From Amphiscolops sp. MND2022 (lineage: Eukaryota), in NCBI GenBank assembly GCA_964187785.1, contig OZ076409.1:16680001-16744000 (forward strand): a DNA stretch of 64,000 nt, given 5' to 3'. Shown here piece by piece: positions 46,473 through 59,315 of the stretch (position 1 is the first letter of the stretch; each line of letters starts with the position of its first letter). A program made the position numbers and the translations under genes. The notes below the pieces were generated by a model. The model saw only the letters and a list, made by a program, of their open reading frames with translations. It was not told the DNA's origin and ran no database searches.

Positions 46473-49400
46473 CTACTCCAGCCCTATAGTTAATATTGAT
46501 ACATATACGCGGCTATGCAAAACCACGCGAATACCAGTACCCTCGAACATGTTCGTTAGAGTATGGTACAGATTGACCAACGAGAAAGCCGGTCTCTCGG
46601 GGTCCAGAATGGGTAAGTGGACCCGTGTGGATCCTTTGTCTATCAGGCGCTGTATCAAGTACGTCATGCAGCGCAGGTAGTCATCGGTCAGCAGCGGTGC
46701 GCGCTGGTTAGCACGGACTATTAACAGGTGAATACTTTGATTAGGGTTGGGGTTCACATCAGGCGGGATAGTGAGAATCTCGCCCACTTTAGGTCGTAAG
46801 GCAAATACATCTTCTATGCCGCACTCCCGCAGCACATATCGCAAGGCGGCAGAGTTGGTCTTTAGGTCAGCAGGGCATGCTAACACTATGTCGCCCTCGG
46901 CCTGCAAAAAATCAGATTCATCGTAAGAAACATGTTCGGCGGAATTCGGATACAGGGCTCCCGGGTAAACAATCTCTCGTCCGGGACCATTGTTGGAGGG
47001 CAGACACACGCGATGCGTACGCCCTTGGACTGCAGCCAGGTCTTGCCACACTGAGCGGGGCATCGCTCGATTGTCGCTGCCGGCCTTTACCCACGCATCT
47101 AAAGTTCCCAGGGCGGCTTTGGGGAACAGGGGGATCTCGAAAGTGTGAGTCCACTCATCTAACAGTCGAATTCTGGGATAGGTGGCGAAACACGTGATAA
47201 TTAATTCCAGCCACCATGCAAACTTCACCTTGCCTCGGTACCAGTCTATGATATGGAAGCAAAGTATTAAGTCCACAGTGGTGAGGGTCCTCAGACTCTC
47301 TAGACAGGATAACAGATTCAACGGTTCCACCATCGCCTCCACTCGTGGAGCTGTTACCAGCAGCCACCAGTGAGGAGCCGGGCTGTATACCCCTCCTGGT
47401 TCCACCTGGACTCCATACTTATCGCATAACAAGTCGGCAGTGATGCATCGGGCCATCTGCACAGGTTCCCTTTCAAAATTGAATGGTCCAAACGCAATAT
47501 TGCTGGGCACAGGGGGCAACACCGTGGGCAGGGTAAACTCCAGGCCCTTTCCATCGCTAGTCCACTCCTTAAACCTAGGACAAGGGGCCTTCGCTACCCC
47601 GGGCAGTGACAACTTCTCCAGGATAGTGTCTACAGGGTGGTCTCCGGACCGCTCTACAGCTGAGTAGGTTTTCTCGGCCCGCACCGTGAGGCGGTACACC
47701 AAGTTTTCTCTCTCTTCCGGAGGAACTCCCCGGGCTCCAATGGGAACCCTCCGGTTCTCATTCACAGCTAATAGGCAGACACAATCTCGCAGCCCGCAGG
47801 TTCCACACTTGTAGCGCGGCTGCCGTTTACTCCTTAGTTGATACCTAAGAGCAGTTGCAGATGCCTCTGTTAGCGTCTCTGCAGTTCTGGGAGCTTCCGT
47901 TTCGGCCTGGATTGCAGTTTCGGTTTCGACATTTCTCGGTGTTTCTTTCTTCCTCGTCCTTGCTTTCGCTCGGATCAGCCGTTTCTTCTGTGCCTTGGGT
48001 GTTCTCCCCCTCCCCCTTTTGAAAGAAGGAGCGGTCCCCGCTCCTGGCGAAGTCTCGGGAACTTCAGGCAGATCGGGCTGAACGTTGCTGTCGCTGCTGG
48101 CAGATTTGAGAGGAATCGGAGGGGCGGTCGGCCATATGGGATAGTTACTAAGGAAATTGGTTAGCGAGGGGTTCGTCAACAAGGATGCTGAGGTTCCTGG
48201 TAACGATGTTTCTTTTTCGGAGGAGGATATCTGTGGAGACGGTGAGCGCACGCGCTCATGGTCAGAGAACAGTTGAGGTAGTACACGGGCGGGGGATATC
48301 GACTGATCCAACGCAGCCGGAGGAGCCGCAGGCTCCACTAGATCCTCGTCAACTGGATTAGGAGGTATCGGCAACATGGCATCGGATAGTTCGTCATCTG
48401 TACCCGAGGTGGAATAGTCAAATTGCTGATAATGCGGGCGGGAGCCGCCTGCGCGAAGTTTCGTGCGTAGTCGAGTGTCCATCCAGTGACGTCGACGTGA
48501 GGGCAAAGATGCATCGGACGCTTCTGAAAGTAGTTGTTCAGGTTTATACGACGATAAAGACTTATCGTCATCAACTACGTCGACGGAACGTTCAGGTTCG
48601 GGGTCCATAAGTACCACCACCTCACCACTGTCCGTGTGTGCAGTAGCAAGTTCAAGTGGGCCACTGTGGTGCGGTTTAAGACGCTCAAAATGAACCTTTT
48701 GACCTGTGTCTAGTACATAGACACGACCGTCCTGAAAGACTTGTACAACCTTGTGCGGGCCTCGCCAAGCACGCATCAATTTCGGGGAACCCTTTTGCGG
48801 TACGTAGCGGCAAAAAACCCAGACGAGCTCGCCTACTTGGTAAGCTCGCGCTTGTATAGCACGGTCGTACTTTAACTTTTGACGCAATTGGGCTTGGTGC
48901 GTGTTACGCCGTACCAAGTCATGTATTTCCTGCTCGCGAGCCAATACATGATCGACATACGCCTCATGCGACTCGAATGGTTTGGCTGCAAATTCGGGAT
49001 ACAAAAACGTGAGAGGGATGGCCTTCTCTACACCACGGGTCAGCATGTAGGGTGAGAAGCCAGTGGTGGCGTGCCTCGTAGAGTTGTAGGCGCCCATGAC
49101 CTCATCAAGACATTGGTCCCAGTCGCGCATACGGCGGGAGCAAAAAACTCGCAGTAGGGTTAATAATGTCCGGTTTTGACGCTCCACCAAGCCTTGGGTT
49201 CTCGGATGGCTAGCCGTAGAGGTTACTTTGGTAACGTGGGCTGCTTTTAGGAATTCGTTGGATACCTCAGCAGTCAAATTTGGAGCATTGTCAGACTGCA
49301 TTCGAGTGGGTGTGCCATGACGGGCGAACCACTTTTGCAGCAGCAACCGAGAGGTGGTCACAGCGTCGTAGTCGTGATGACTATAGGGAACTGCTTCCGC

Positions 49401-52400
49401 GAACTTGGAGAAATGGTCAATTATGACCAAGATGCCAGTGTTATTACTGTCTGAGGGGCAGATCTTCAGGTGATCATATTGGACCAATTCGTTGAAGTAC
49501 CCGCTCTGGATGTTCTTTAGGTGGAATCGGACGTCACCAGGCTTATCTCGAACCTGTTGACAGGTGAGGCATTGGCCAACGTAACGGCCCACGCTGCGTC
49601 GAATACCAGGCCATGTGTGACGTTCTTGAATCCGAGCCACCACTTTGGAGATACCTTGATGTCCCATGGCGTCATGCGCACGGAATAAAATCTCATGCTG
49701 GTACAGTTGAGGCATGACGATCATGCACGGGCGTTCGTGCAGGGGACGTTGGTTGGGAGGGTATCGTACGCAAAGCACACCATTCTTGTTAATGAACAGG
49801 AGAGTTTTCTTCTGACGGTAGTAGTTGCGTGCGAACTCACGCACGTTCTCGGGAAACACGTCATGATCGATGGGTTCGTTTAGCACCAACTTTTTGAGTG
49901 CTAGCACATGAACATCACGGTTTTGGGCTAGGATCAAGTCTTTGATACCATGCACGGTGTGAGCATGTTCGTGAAGTTCAGTGTTGATGTCTTTAAGAGC
50001 CATAATTGAGTCGCGTACACCCGAGGGAGTACCTTGCAACGCAACAGGATTCGCCCCAGCAATAGCATAGACGGTACGTGAAGATACATTTACGGCATGC
50101 GTCGGTAATAGATAATCTTCGCGTGCTTCATCAGTGACATCAATCCAGTCCTCAGGGTAGTCTGGATAGGCATCCTCGTGCGGTTGCAGAGCAAGGGAAG
50201 GCGGAGGCGGCAAGGGTGCTGCGAATGCTTTCGCTTGTCTGTCTCTCCTGCTCGCTCGTTTTGTGCGGCGAAGCACGCGTAGCAATTGGTTGGGAGCCTT
50301 AGGCTCCAAGTTCTGCAGGTGCGCAGGTAGTTCGGGATGATTCGGGATGACTCGACCCTGAAGGTCGAACCATGGGGCAACAGGTAGTTTATCAAATTCG
50401 TCAGCTGAAAGGAAATTCCAGCGTTCTCCCGCGGCTGGCTGCTGTGCAAGCTGTTTCTCTCGGCATCGGTACTCGTTGGTTCGTTTGCTCAAGCCATCGG
50501 CGTTTCGATGTTGAGTTCTTGGGCGGTGTTCCACGCGAAAGTGATAATTCTCCAGGGTCATAATCCATCGGCCGATTAGCGCTTGATCCGTGGAGTAGGT
50601 TTTCAACCAGGACAAGGCTTGGTTGTCCACCCGCAGGGTGAATTTCCGGGGACATAAATAGCTGTGGTTTTTCACTATGAAATAGTAGGCGGCGAACATT
50701 TCAAGTTTGGGAGCTCCGTATTTAGCTTGTGTGGTAGTGAGCTTCTTGCTGCCGTAAACTATCGGCCTCAGGCGTCGTTCACCCGGAGGACCTTGCCACT
50801 GGTGCAGGATACCAGAAATGGCGACAGCACTAGCGTCAGTGTCCAACACAAACTCTCCTTCGGAATCAGGCTGCGCGAGCGCAGTTGCCTCGATCAGGGC
50901 TTTTTTGATTTCATTGAATGCGGTTTGTTGCTCAGGACCCCATGCGAAGGTGGCATTCAGTCCAGTGACGGCGTGCAGGGGTGCAACCAGCTTAGCGTGC
51001 CAAGGGATGAATTCGCGATAGTAATTGGCGAATCCAAGGAAGCTCTGCATCTCCGTCTTGTTACGGGGAATTTCCCAATCGCGCAACTTGACGACGGCTT
51101 TCGGGTCGGGCTTCACTCCTTCTGCGGAAACCACTCGTCCCAAGTACTTGATCTCCGATTTCATGAAATCGCATTTGGCCACGCGCATTTTGAAACCGGC
51201 TTTACGGAGGCATTCAAAGACTTCACGTAGGCGTACCATATGGTCTTCCACAGTCTCTGTGGCAATCACGATATCATCAATGTAGGCCATGACCATGCTG
51301 CCCTCACGATTGACAATATTCCTTAGCGCACGCGCTATTGATCGCTGAAACGTGGCAGATGCATTGCACATACCAAATGGCATTCGCCGCCACTCAAAAA
51401 GTCCTAGTTCACAAGCAAAAGCGGTTTTGTGGCGATCCGCCTTTCGCACAGGAATTTGCCAAAAGGCCCAAGCAAGGTCTATGCTGGTATAAATCTTCGC
51501 CTTGCCTAGCCGTGCCAGGCTTTCATCAATACGGGGCAAGGGATAGGCATCCTTAATGGTTACCTCATTTAACGGGCGGAAGTCGCAGCAAAAGCGCAAC
51601 TCCCCGTTTTTCTTTTTCACCATTACAATGCCGCTCGCCCAAGGGGACAGCGAGGGCTGTATCATTCCCAGAGCTAAGAGGTTCCGCAACTCCTGATTGG
51701 CACGTTCGGCCTTCTCAGGGGACATCCGGCGAGCACCTTCGCGATGTGGTACAGCCCCTGGTTCCACCTCTACGGTGTGCTTAGCGATAGTGCACCGACC
51801 GATGTCAGCCTTGTGTTTCATGAATAGCTCATCGAATTCATCGAGGAGGTTACTGAGAGACTCGCAGGCGCTAGCGCCCCATAAATCCTTAACCGCCTGT
51901 AACTGAGATTCTGGCCCAGGAATCGGAGCCATTAGCTCTGGGTCCGTACGCTTGCGAATTTCGCGCTCCGATAGTCCTGCCTCGCTAGGGTCAGTTGAGG
52001 ACAAAAACTCAAATTCTGAAGAAGAGGTTAACTCAGAAGCAGTGGACAGATTCACTTCACTATAAATTTTATGAACAAAATTTGCACGACTGTCGTCGGC
52101 GTCAGTTTTTGTGCGGGTTGTTGTGGGAGAGTCCAGACACTGAGGTACTGCTTGGTATACTACCGTTATGGGTACTACGGTGCCCAGTTGTACACCACAC
52201 CGCATGCGTTGAGGGTTGCTGGTGAGATTTATCAGGCTCACAAAGAGTGTCCCTGTCTCACTGACAGTGGCCACGCTGTCCTCTAAAAAGACGACATTAT
52301 GCAACGTAGTGTCAGACAAAGAGGCATTGAGCGCTACGCTTTGAAAAATCAGCGGCTCTAGTGCATTGGTGACGAGCTTTGCTCTAGCCACCGCACGTTC

Positions 52401-53660
52401 GAAAGGTTGCAGAACCAAGTCACTATCCAAAACGACTGGGGTAGCTATCGAAGTGTCACCTACCTGTGCGTGAGCATGATGCCACACAGGCTTCACTGGT
52501 GCTCGCACCACAATCTTCATAGATGTTAGATCCACTAACACCTGGTAGGAGCGGAGAAAGTTCCGACCCAGTAGGAAGTCTTCCACACCCATTGCGTCAT
52601 CTACCACCACAAAGTTCGTTTCAAGTTCATATCCTCCCAGCTGGAAATGGATATGTTCTGCGAGGCCGTAGGTCTTTATTGTCTTCCCGTTGGCTGCGTA
52701 CAGGTCAACTTGGTAGGGTTTAAGGACCGTTCCAGTTCGAGCTGCCACTCTGTTAAAGGCGGAAAACGTCAGTATGGAGACGCCCGAGCCAGTGTCCACC
52801 AGTCCTCGCAGCGGGATAGGTGTTGCATGAGGCACCACGAAAGAGACCACGAGCGACGCACGCTCATCTATACGCGCTTCACCGGTGGGCTCCTGATGAT
52901 TGATGTTATAGGCTCCTGAGGACCCAGACAAATGCCAGGGGGAAATACATCCACCACCACACAGGCTTCGAACTTCACTTCCACTCCATCCATTGAAGCA
53001 CAGACTGGCACTGGGGAATATGTTGTCAGAGTCGTAGACTCTCCCGGAGCGTACCATTCTTTCGGTCGAGGCAACTCGTTTCGTTTGTAGAGGATAGACA
53101 GTTCGACCCATAGCTTCGCCAGGGTTAGCGTCGGCCTACGCGTTTGCTCAGCTGCCAGCAACAGGTGAATCGAAATCAGCGTCCGTCCTTGCGGGTCGAA
53201 CGTCGTGGGTTCCAAGCAGGTCTGAACTTGCTTAGCACCACAAGTGAATGTCATCGGAGTGTGGAACGCAGGCGGTTCCGCCGGATGTAGCATCAACACA
53301 CGGTCATCTTCCAAAGGTACGGTGTGCGCGGCGATGCCAGCTGATTCGACCTCAGCCCATAGATTGTAGGCTAACTCGTCACTGGGCTTCGGCGCATGGG
53401 AGTGCTCACCACATTGCACTTCCGCCTGATCGAAAAGTCCACAGCTCGTGCATTGATAGATCCCCGGATGACCTTCAAGGATGCCATCGGTCGCGTCTTC
53501 CGTGGTGACCTTTACGCCCTCTGGTTCGGAGGCAGTCATTGGTTTTCGGGCTTGGTCACGATTGGGGCACTCGCGAGCAAAATGTCCGTTTTGCCCACAG
53601 TGAAAACAAGCACCTACCGGCGCTCGGGCGGGAGCTAGGACAGCGGGAGCTGGGACATTT
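46473..53660 (-). pseudogene. pol: Gag C-terminus plus pol of element 2 (PR-like, PR, RT, RH, IN, two macrodomain-like units); one frameshift near 52915
   Basis: DTG, YIDD, RNase H DAS/ELE/DN, HHCC, D-D-E (YDH, SDN, VER) and GPH motifs intact. A 7-bp deletion relative to element 1 at PQE(LKC)YN joins ORF 52868-53539 to ORF 46473-53111. Confidence 0.95.
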
Positions 53661-55922
53661 GGGGGGGGGGGGCGCCGGAGATGGCAAGACGCCCTGCGGC
53701 ATGACCATCTTGTTCGGCGGCAGTGGTGCGAAAGGATGAGGTCTAGACCTCATGGCTAATCTGGGATCATAGGGTTGTTGAGGTTGGGTGGGTCTGGGAC
53801 GATTTCGTTGCAGCTGACGCGTGGTAAATCGCAAGGACTCTACGGTAGGGGGTTCGGTAAGAAAAGTCTCCGAGGCGTATACTATGGCAAGTTCACGCCT
53901 CAACACTGGATCTCGCACACCTTCCATGAAGCGCTGCAAGATTTCACAGCGTTTGGTAATGATACTTTCTTGCGGGAATCCTTGGCTCCTGAGACCCTCT
54001 AAAGCGTCTAAGTACTGCATCCAGTCCTCTTTTTCTTGTTGGACGCGGCTTTGGAAGGTCTGCCGCACCTGCATACGATTTCCTCCCGCGCCAAATCGGC
54101 TACTAGATAGCAACTCGAACACCTTCTCGGGGGTGTCACGTTCAGACTCTGCCTTGTTGATGATGTAGTTGCGAGCCTCACCTTCGAGGTGACCGATAAT
54201 GCTCCAGGCCCGATCTTCGGCCGAGATTTTGGTTTGGATTCTCTTCAAGTATCGCTGCATTACTAGGATCCAGCCATCAATAGACCCGTCCTTAGAGCCT
54301 CGATACACGCTGGGTTTGGTTTGAGCCAGGTCACGTCCCGCAAGTAACGGTGCCAGTTCTTTGGACATTGCTTTGGAAATGGCGGCAGTGAACCTCAATT
54401 GCTCAGGAGAGATGACTTCAGCCTCTCCTTCCTTGGGTGCCACATCATCAGTACCGTCGTCACTGCCATGCGTAGCTCGCACTGAGAGGTTCGTCACGTC
54501 TTCTTTCCTGCGAGTGCTACTCGCGCAAGGAGCGCCCGAGGGCATTCCGTCCTCGGCTGTCCAGTCGGCGGTCAGATACAGGGAGTCCGTTCCAAAAGCC
54601 ATGGTAGGGGCCGTCGCATACGCAGCTCCATCAGTCTGGGACCCTAGTGTGGCCTTGGTACAGGATAAATCAACTTCGGTAGAAGTATCTAGATAGATAG
54701 GTGACATTGGGTCCACACCTTGGTCTCGGGTGGCACTTCGAACTACGTAGGAGGTTGTTTGACTCATCGACGAGGAGTCGTGGGGCCCTCTCACCTGCAC
54801 CCGTGCAGGTTTACGCTCCACATCAGGCATGATGAGTACGGGATCCTTGGTTCGGGTTTCAGGCGTCGTCGACTTGGAGGTGCTAGGCTTCAATGCACTC
54901 GCCAGCTCGGGTTTCGTTGCCCGACCCAGGTGCGATGATTCCGGAATCTTAATTGAATCCGCGACTGGCACACCTTCAGTGGCACCAGATTGTCGTGGGA
55001 GGGACCTCTCGCGCCTCATGATGTTGATAGCATTGAGCACAGTGTGCATTTGGTTACTCAAATCATTGATCTGGGTTTCCACACGAAGTTCACGGGCCAT
55101 CAAAAGGTCATTCATCTCACCCATTCTGTGGCCTAGTGCATCTACGCGAGCACTCTGCGTATTCTGCGCGGTTCGCAGTTGATCACTGACCTGCAATCCT
55201 TCTCGCATCGTTGTCTGCAACGTTCTCATATTTTCTGCGATGGCACGATGTTGGTCATTGCACCCAGCACGAGTGCTAGCCAGTTCAGCTAAGGCACGTT
55301 GGGTCTCAGCTTGGGCTTCCAATATTGCGGCTTTATACACCGAAGATCGTTGGGATGATGCCACTGAACCTGCCACGCTCCTCGTACGAGGCTCCTCAAA
55401 CTGACGTTCACCTACATTTATCATGGGTGGTCGCACTCTCTTGTGTTTGCCATAGGCACAAACTCTAGTGTTACCTCGAGCGACTCCAGACCCCTGCGGT
55501 CTCGCACAACTCGTGTTCCCCGTGTAGGTAAGATCCTCGTCCACCGTGATCTGTAGGCGGGAGCTCGTCTTCTCTCCTAGGGGTGCGCGAGAGCACCCTT
55601 CCTCAGCTGCAAGTTCGTTGGTCATGTTCGAGTTGGGCCACTCCTCTTCTGCTTCATTGGTTCTTTCACGACAGGTTTCATCGACCCATTGCTCGGTTCG
55701 ACGAGAGCTTCCAGATGCAACGGAACCCTCAGAGGGAGGGACCATGGCGGCCAATTCCTCTTTGCGTTGTTGCTCGATAGTGACTTCGTCAGACATTTCG
55801 TCTGAAAAATGCGAACCGTCCATTGTGGATCCTATGGTCACCCATGACTGCGAACTCATGTCAAGCTTTTCCAGGCCTGGTAGGACCATTACATACGATG
55901 CCAATGGCAGAGCAGGTGTCAA
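53556..55922 (-). CDS. gag: gag of element 2; frame breaks in the homopolymer at ~53661-53672
   Basis: Homologous to element 1 Gag. The CCHC knuckle CFHCGQNGHFAREC lies in the shifted frame after the G/C run. Confidence 0.9.
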   Translation of the reverse strand: MTPALPLASYVMVLPGLEKLDMSSQSWVTIGSTMDGSHFSDEMSDEVTIEQQRKEELAAMVPPSEGSVASGSSRRTEQWVDETCRERTNEAEEEWPNSNMTNELAAEEGCSRAPLGEKTSSRLQITVDEDLTYTGNTSCARPQGSGVARGNTRVCAYGKHKRVRPPMINVGERQFEEPRTRSVAGSVASSQRSSVYKAAILEAQAETQRALAELASTRAGCNDQHRAIAENMRTLQTTMREGLQVSDQLRTAQNTQSARVDALGHRMGEMNDLLMARELRVETQINDLSNQMHTVLNAINIMRRERSLPRQSGATEGVPVADSIKIPESSHLGRATKPELASALKPSTSKSTTPETRTKDPVLIMPDVERKPARVQVRGPHDSSSMSQTTSYVVRSATRDQGVDPMSPIYLDTSTEVDLSCTKATLGSQTDGAAYATAPTMAFGTDSLYLTADWTAEDGMPSGAPCASSTRRKEDVTNLSVRATHGSDDGTDDVAPKEGEAEVISPEQLRFTAAISKAMSKELAPLLAGRDLAQTKPSVYRGSKDGSIDGWILVMQRYLKRIQTKISAEDRAWSIIGHLEGEARNYIINKAESERDTPEKVFELLSSSRFGAGGNRMQVRQTFQSRVQQEKEDWMQYLDALEGLRSQGFPQESIITKRCEILQRFMEGVRDPVLRRELAIVYASETFLTEPPTVESLRFTTRQLQRNRPRPTQPQQPYDPRLAMRSRPHPFAPLPPNKMVMPQGVLPSPAPPPPKCPSSRCPSSRPSAGRCLFSLWAKRTFCSRVPQS

Positions 55923-58565
55923 CGATTCGGGCGTAGCCTTTAAAGAAATCTCGAAGAACGCGGGATTTGTCGAGTCGCTGTTAGCTCTAGGCTCGTCTCG
56001 GTGTGGACTTAAAAAAAATTTACTGTTTCACAATGTCCCAAATTTCTCGAAATGCGTTTTAAGGCTCGTAGGCTGCTCAAATTCGCACAGCGCTTTCCCA
56101 CAAGCACACTGGGTCAGAAAATCAACCTGGTTTGGGGCCAAAAGTCTCCGGTCACTCACAGGAAGAATTTCAAAGAATTTTTGGATTTTCCAAAAATCGC
56201 ACAACAACACTCAAGAGGCTCGTGTGTGCGCTGGAAGCGCTGTATCAAGCCCAAAATTGACCAGCAGATCTTAGGTACGCGTGGGTTCACGAAAATGAAC
56301 ACAGTTTTGAGCTGCGCCCCTTCTACACAGTTTCACCTAGGTACAAACGTGCGGTACCACTATGAACCGAAATACACTGTTTTTCACGTCTTTTTCAAGA
56401 TTGCGGTCCACTGGAACGAGCTAGCAAGCTCAAATTCTCTGCAGCGACGTAGGAACTAGCACAGGTTACGATGGTGGGCTACAATATGGCCCCACCCGTC
56501 GGCTAAGGTGCCCGGGTTACTCGGAAAAATTAAGAAAAAACTGCCTTTTTGCACACCTTTTTGGGCGCCACGTTTTTCCTATTTTCTCGACAAGTATCGC
56601 ACAGATCGGCACCAAACTTGGTAGTTTATGCCAAAGGGCACCTACAATGCCGCTGATATGGTCGAATTGAAGCGCAAGCGCTTATTTGAAGTTCCGACCC
56701 ACTATGTACGTTGTACACGAAAAAACACTGTTTTTGACGACTTTTTTCAGAAATCGACGAAGAGGATCACCTCAGAAAGTGATACGGCGGACAAAATGGG
56801 ACCAACGTGTTGCCCCACTACCCGTAGCACTGGGATAAACCCTCAATTGGTTATGCCCGTTAGATATAAGGCACTGACAGTCCTGCAGTTTTGGATTTTT
56901 TCGGTCCTTTGACGCTTCTTTGCAGTCAAAACGTCAGAGAGTTTTTCTCGACCTTGGTGAGCGATACGCCCACCAAATTTTCGGCACTAACGTTAATTTT
57001 TGTGGTGGTTACGAAAATGCAACCACTTTTTGGCTAGGGTTCAGGAATCGATGTCCCGACCCTGACTCAGAGACAGTCCGATTTTGTGGAAAATTGATCA
57101 AATTCAGTGCGTTTTTCCACTTTTCTCAGCACCGAAAAAAAATTTTTGCACGCGGTTTTCACCACAATGCGTTATTTTTACTATAAAAACAGAAAATGAG
57201 AGCACAAAAGCTCCTGACTAACAAAAAGACAGAGTGCCCAGGGGGTTTTTATTGTGTGCTAGGACACTCCTGAAACTAACTAAAATTCAAGGTTTTTCAA
57301 CTTTTCTCGACACTGAAAAGGAGTTTTTGCACGCGGTTTTCACCACAATGCGCTATTTTTATTGCGAAAACAGAAAATAAGAGCGTTCAGACTCGCTCTG
57401 TTCCACTAAGCTTCGCTCTCAAGACTTTCAGACAATGCACTTTCTATGCCTAAAAACACCTCAAATTACCGGTTTTTTGCACCGTGTCAGCCCCAGGCTG
57501 CCTGAATCCGCTGTAAAAGTTACAGTTAGTGTCCTGTGGGTTTGCTACGCTTGAAAAAACACCGTACACTGCTTTTTTACACTTCTACACAAGTGTACGC
57601 CTGTGTTTCTGGGTGCCTTTTTGGTCAAAATTCCATTTTTTTTTGCAATTTTCTGGTGCTAAATCGGCACTTTTATCACAACCAAAGGCAAAATTACGGC
57701 CTTCTGTGCCTCGTACTAGCTTTCTCGAGCCTTGCAGCTGCTTTTTGCAACACTTTTCACGAAGTTTTCCTGGTTCCGCTGAGCACAAGTGCTCAAAACC
57801 ACGAAAAACACCAAAAAAAACGCAAAATCAGGGTTTTTTCACGCAAGTGCTATCTTTTTTGCAGAAAAGCACTTCGTAGGGTGTCGTTACATCTACAATA
57901 AAACATTACTGACCTGCACCAACGATTCCCCGTCGAAAAAGGTGCATTTTCAAAATTTTCACCGACCATGAGCCATTTGAGCGACGCGTCCGGTCACAGG
58001 GGGTGCACCTTCACCACGCTTGTTCTCCACATCCAGACCAGATAGAGACACGCGGTTTGAACCATTAGCATCGTCTGCAATTGCACTTGCTGTCCACCAA
58101 AAACCATACCTCTAGGACGTCTCCACGAGAAATGGGAGTAGAAAGTAGGCAACACACAATTTGACTTCCCCTTCGCCTCGCTGGTTCATGGTCAGCCATC
58201 CACCAGTTACCTTCTTGCATGGCATAAAATGGCTGAAAATAGCTTGCAAAACCTGTTAAACACCCGTAGCCACGTGCTACGGTCTTCGGCACCTGCAAAA
58301 AGATACCCGCTGATGGGCACACAACACATCACACAAAAATACCGATTTCCTTCCAAAACACCTAAAAATACCATTTTCGCACCTGAAAACGTGATTTTTT
58401 CGGGTTTTCTCTGGTTCAACGCCTCTCCCAGTTCCAGTAGAATGTCACACGACTAAAAAAGGGTAAAACTCTGCTTCTCTCTCCTCTTCCAGAGTCGAAA
58501 CGGGCTTGGCGCTGATCACCAGGGGGCCAGTTCTTTTAAAAACCGCTCGGGAAAGCCTCCCAAGA

Positions 58566-58585
58566 CGATCCCTCTGTGGTCGCCA
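58566..58585 (-). promoter_or_regulatory. Primer binding site of element 2
   Basis: TGGCGACCACAGAGGGATCG on the minus strand, 15 nt from the LTR end. Confidence 0.75.
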
Positions 58586-58600
58586 AAAAATGAGGTTCTA

Positions 58601-59315
58601 TGTAACGATAAGCGCTGGCGCTTGAACCGCAACGTAGAGTGGAGGAACTAGAACAGCGAATATAAGCCGGGACTTAGATCTCCGCGGCCCTAGCTCATTT
58701 TCCCTCCGAAGGAGCCAGTCCCAAGGTGGGGGAACCGTCTTGTTGGAAACTCTCTGGCCTGGTCCTAGTCTGTAACTGCTAAAAGTAACGGGCATCTTGC
58801 ATGTCTCAAGACCACTGCTCAATTAGCCTTTAAAAAGGGGGCTGAAAACAGAAGAATGTTGAGCCATAGTATTGGAGAATCTGATAAAATCGACATCAAA
58901 AAGGGTAACTACAGATGTTAAATGGGCAGCTCTCGAGCATATCAATCTACTACAACAAGGAAAGCACAATAAGCATAACAATATCAGAAGTTCGAGTTAT
59001 CTAACAGGAACGAATCGACCATGGCTTCCCAGCGCTAGCGCTCGTCACCGCACAGGACACCGCAGGATCTTCAGGCGAGCATCTGGAACACCGGTTTCTG
59101 TTACCTATGTAGTGTAAATGCCAAAGATGGGCACATCACCGTGTTCTAGGGACTGATTTCTACGTCTTCTCTTCTCGTCGTCTCTCGCGGGGGGCGATTT
59201 CTGATTTCTGATATGCTTTTTTGACAGGTCTTTCGTCTGGAGCAAGTTTGAGTGCCACGTCAGATTTGAACGAATTTTTGTTTCGAAAATTTTGACGTGG
59301 GCAGTTGCCGTTACA
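58601..59315 (-). repeat. 5' LTR of element 2
   Basis: Direct repeat of 40418-41132; adjacent to the PBS. Confidence 0.97.

Larger units (their letters stand above)
40418..59315 (-). mobile_element. Ty3/Gypsy LTR retrotransposon, element 2 (18.9 kb, related subfamily, nearly intact)
   Basis: 715-bp direct LTRs, PBS, PPT, gag-pol with two frameshifts, intact ORF3. Confidence 0.97.

Noticed and set aside
53655..53675. Programmed gag-pol frameshift
   Set aside because: Element 1 reads through this region in one frame. The break is in a 12-nt homopolymer, so it is a mutation or sequencing error. Breaks occur at different places in the two elements, implying an ancestral single gag-pol ORF.
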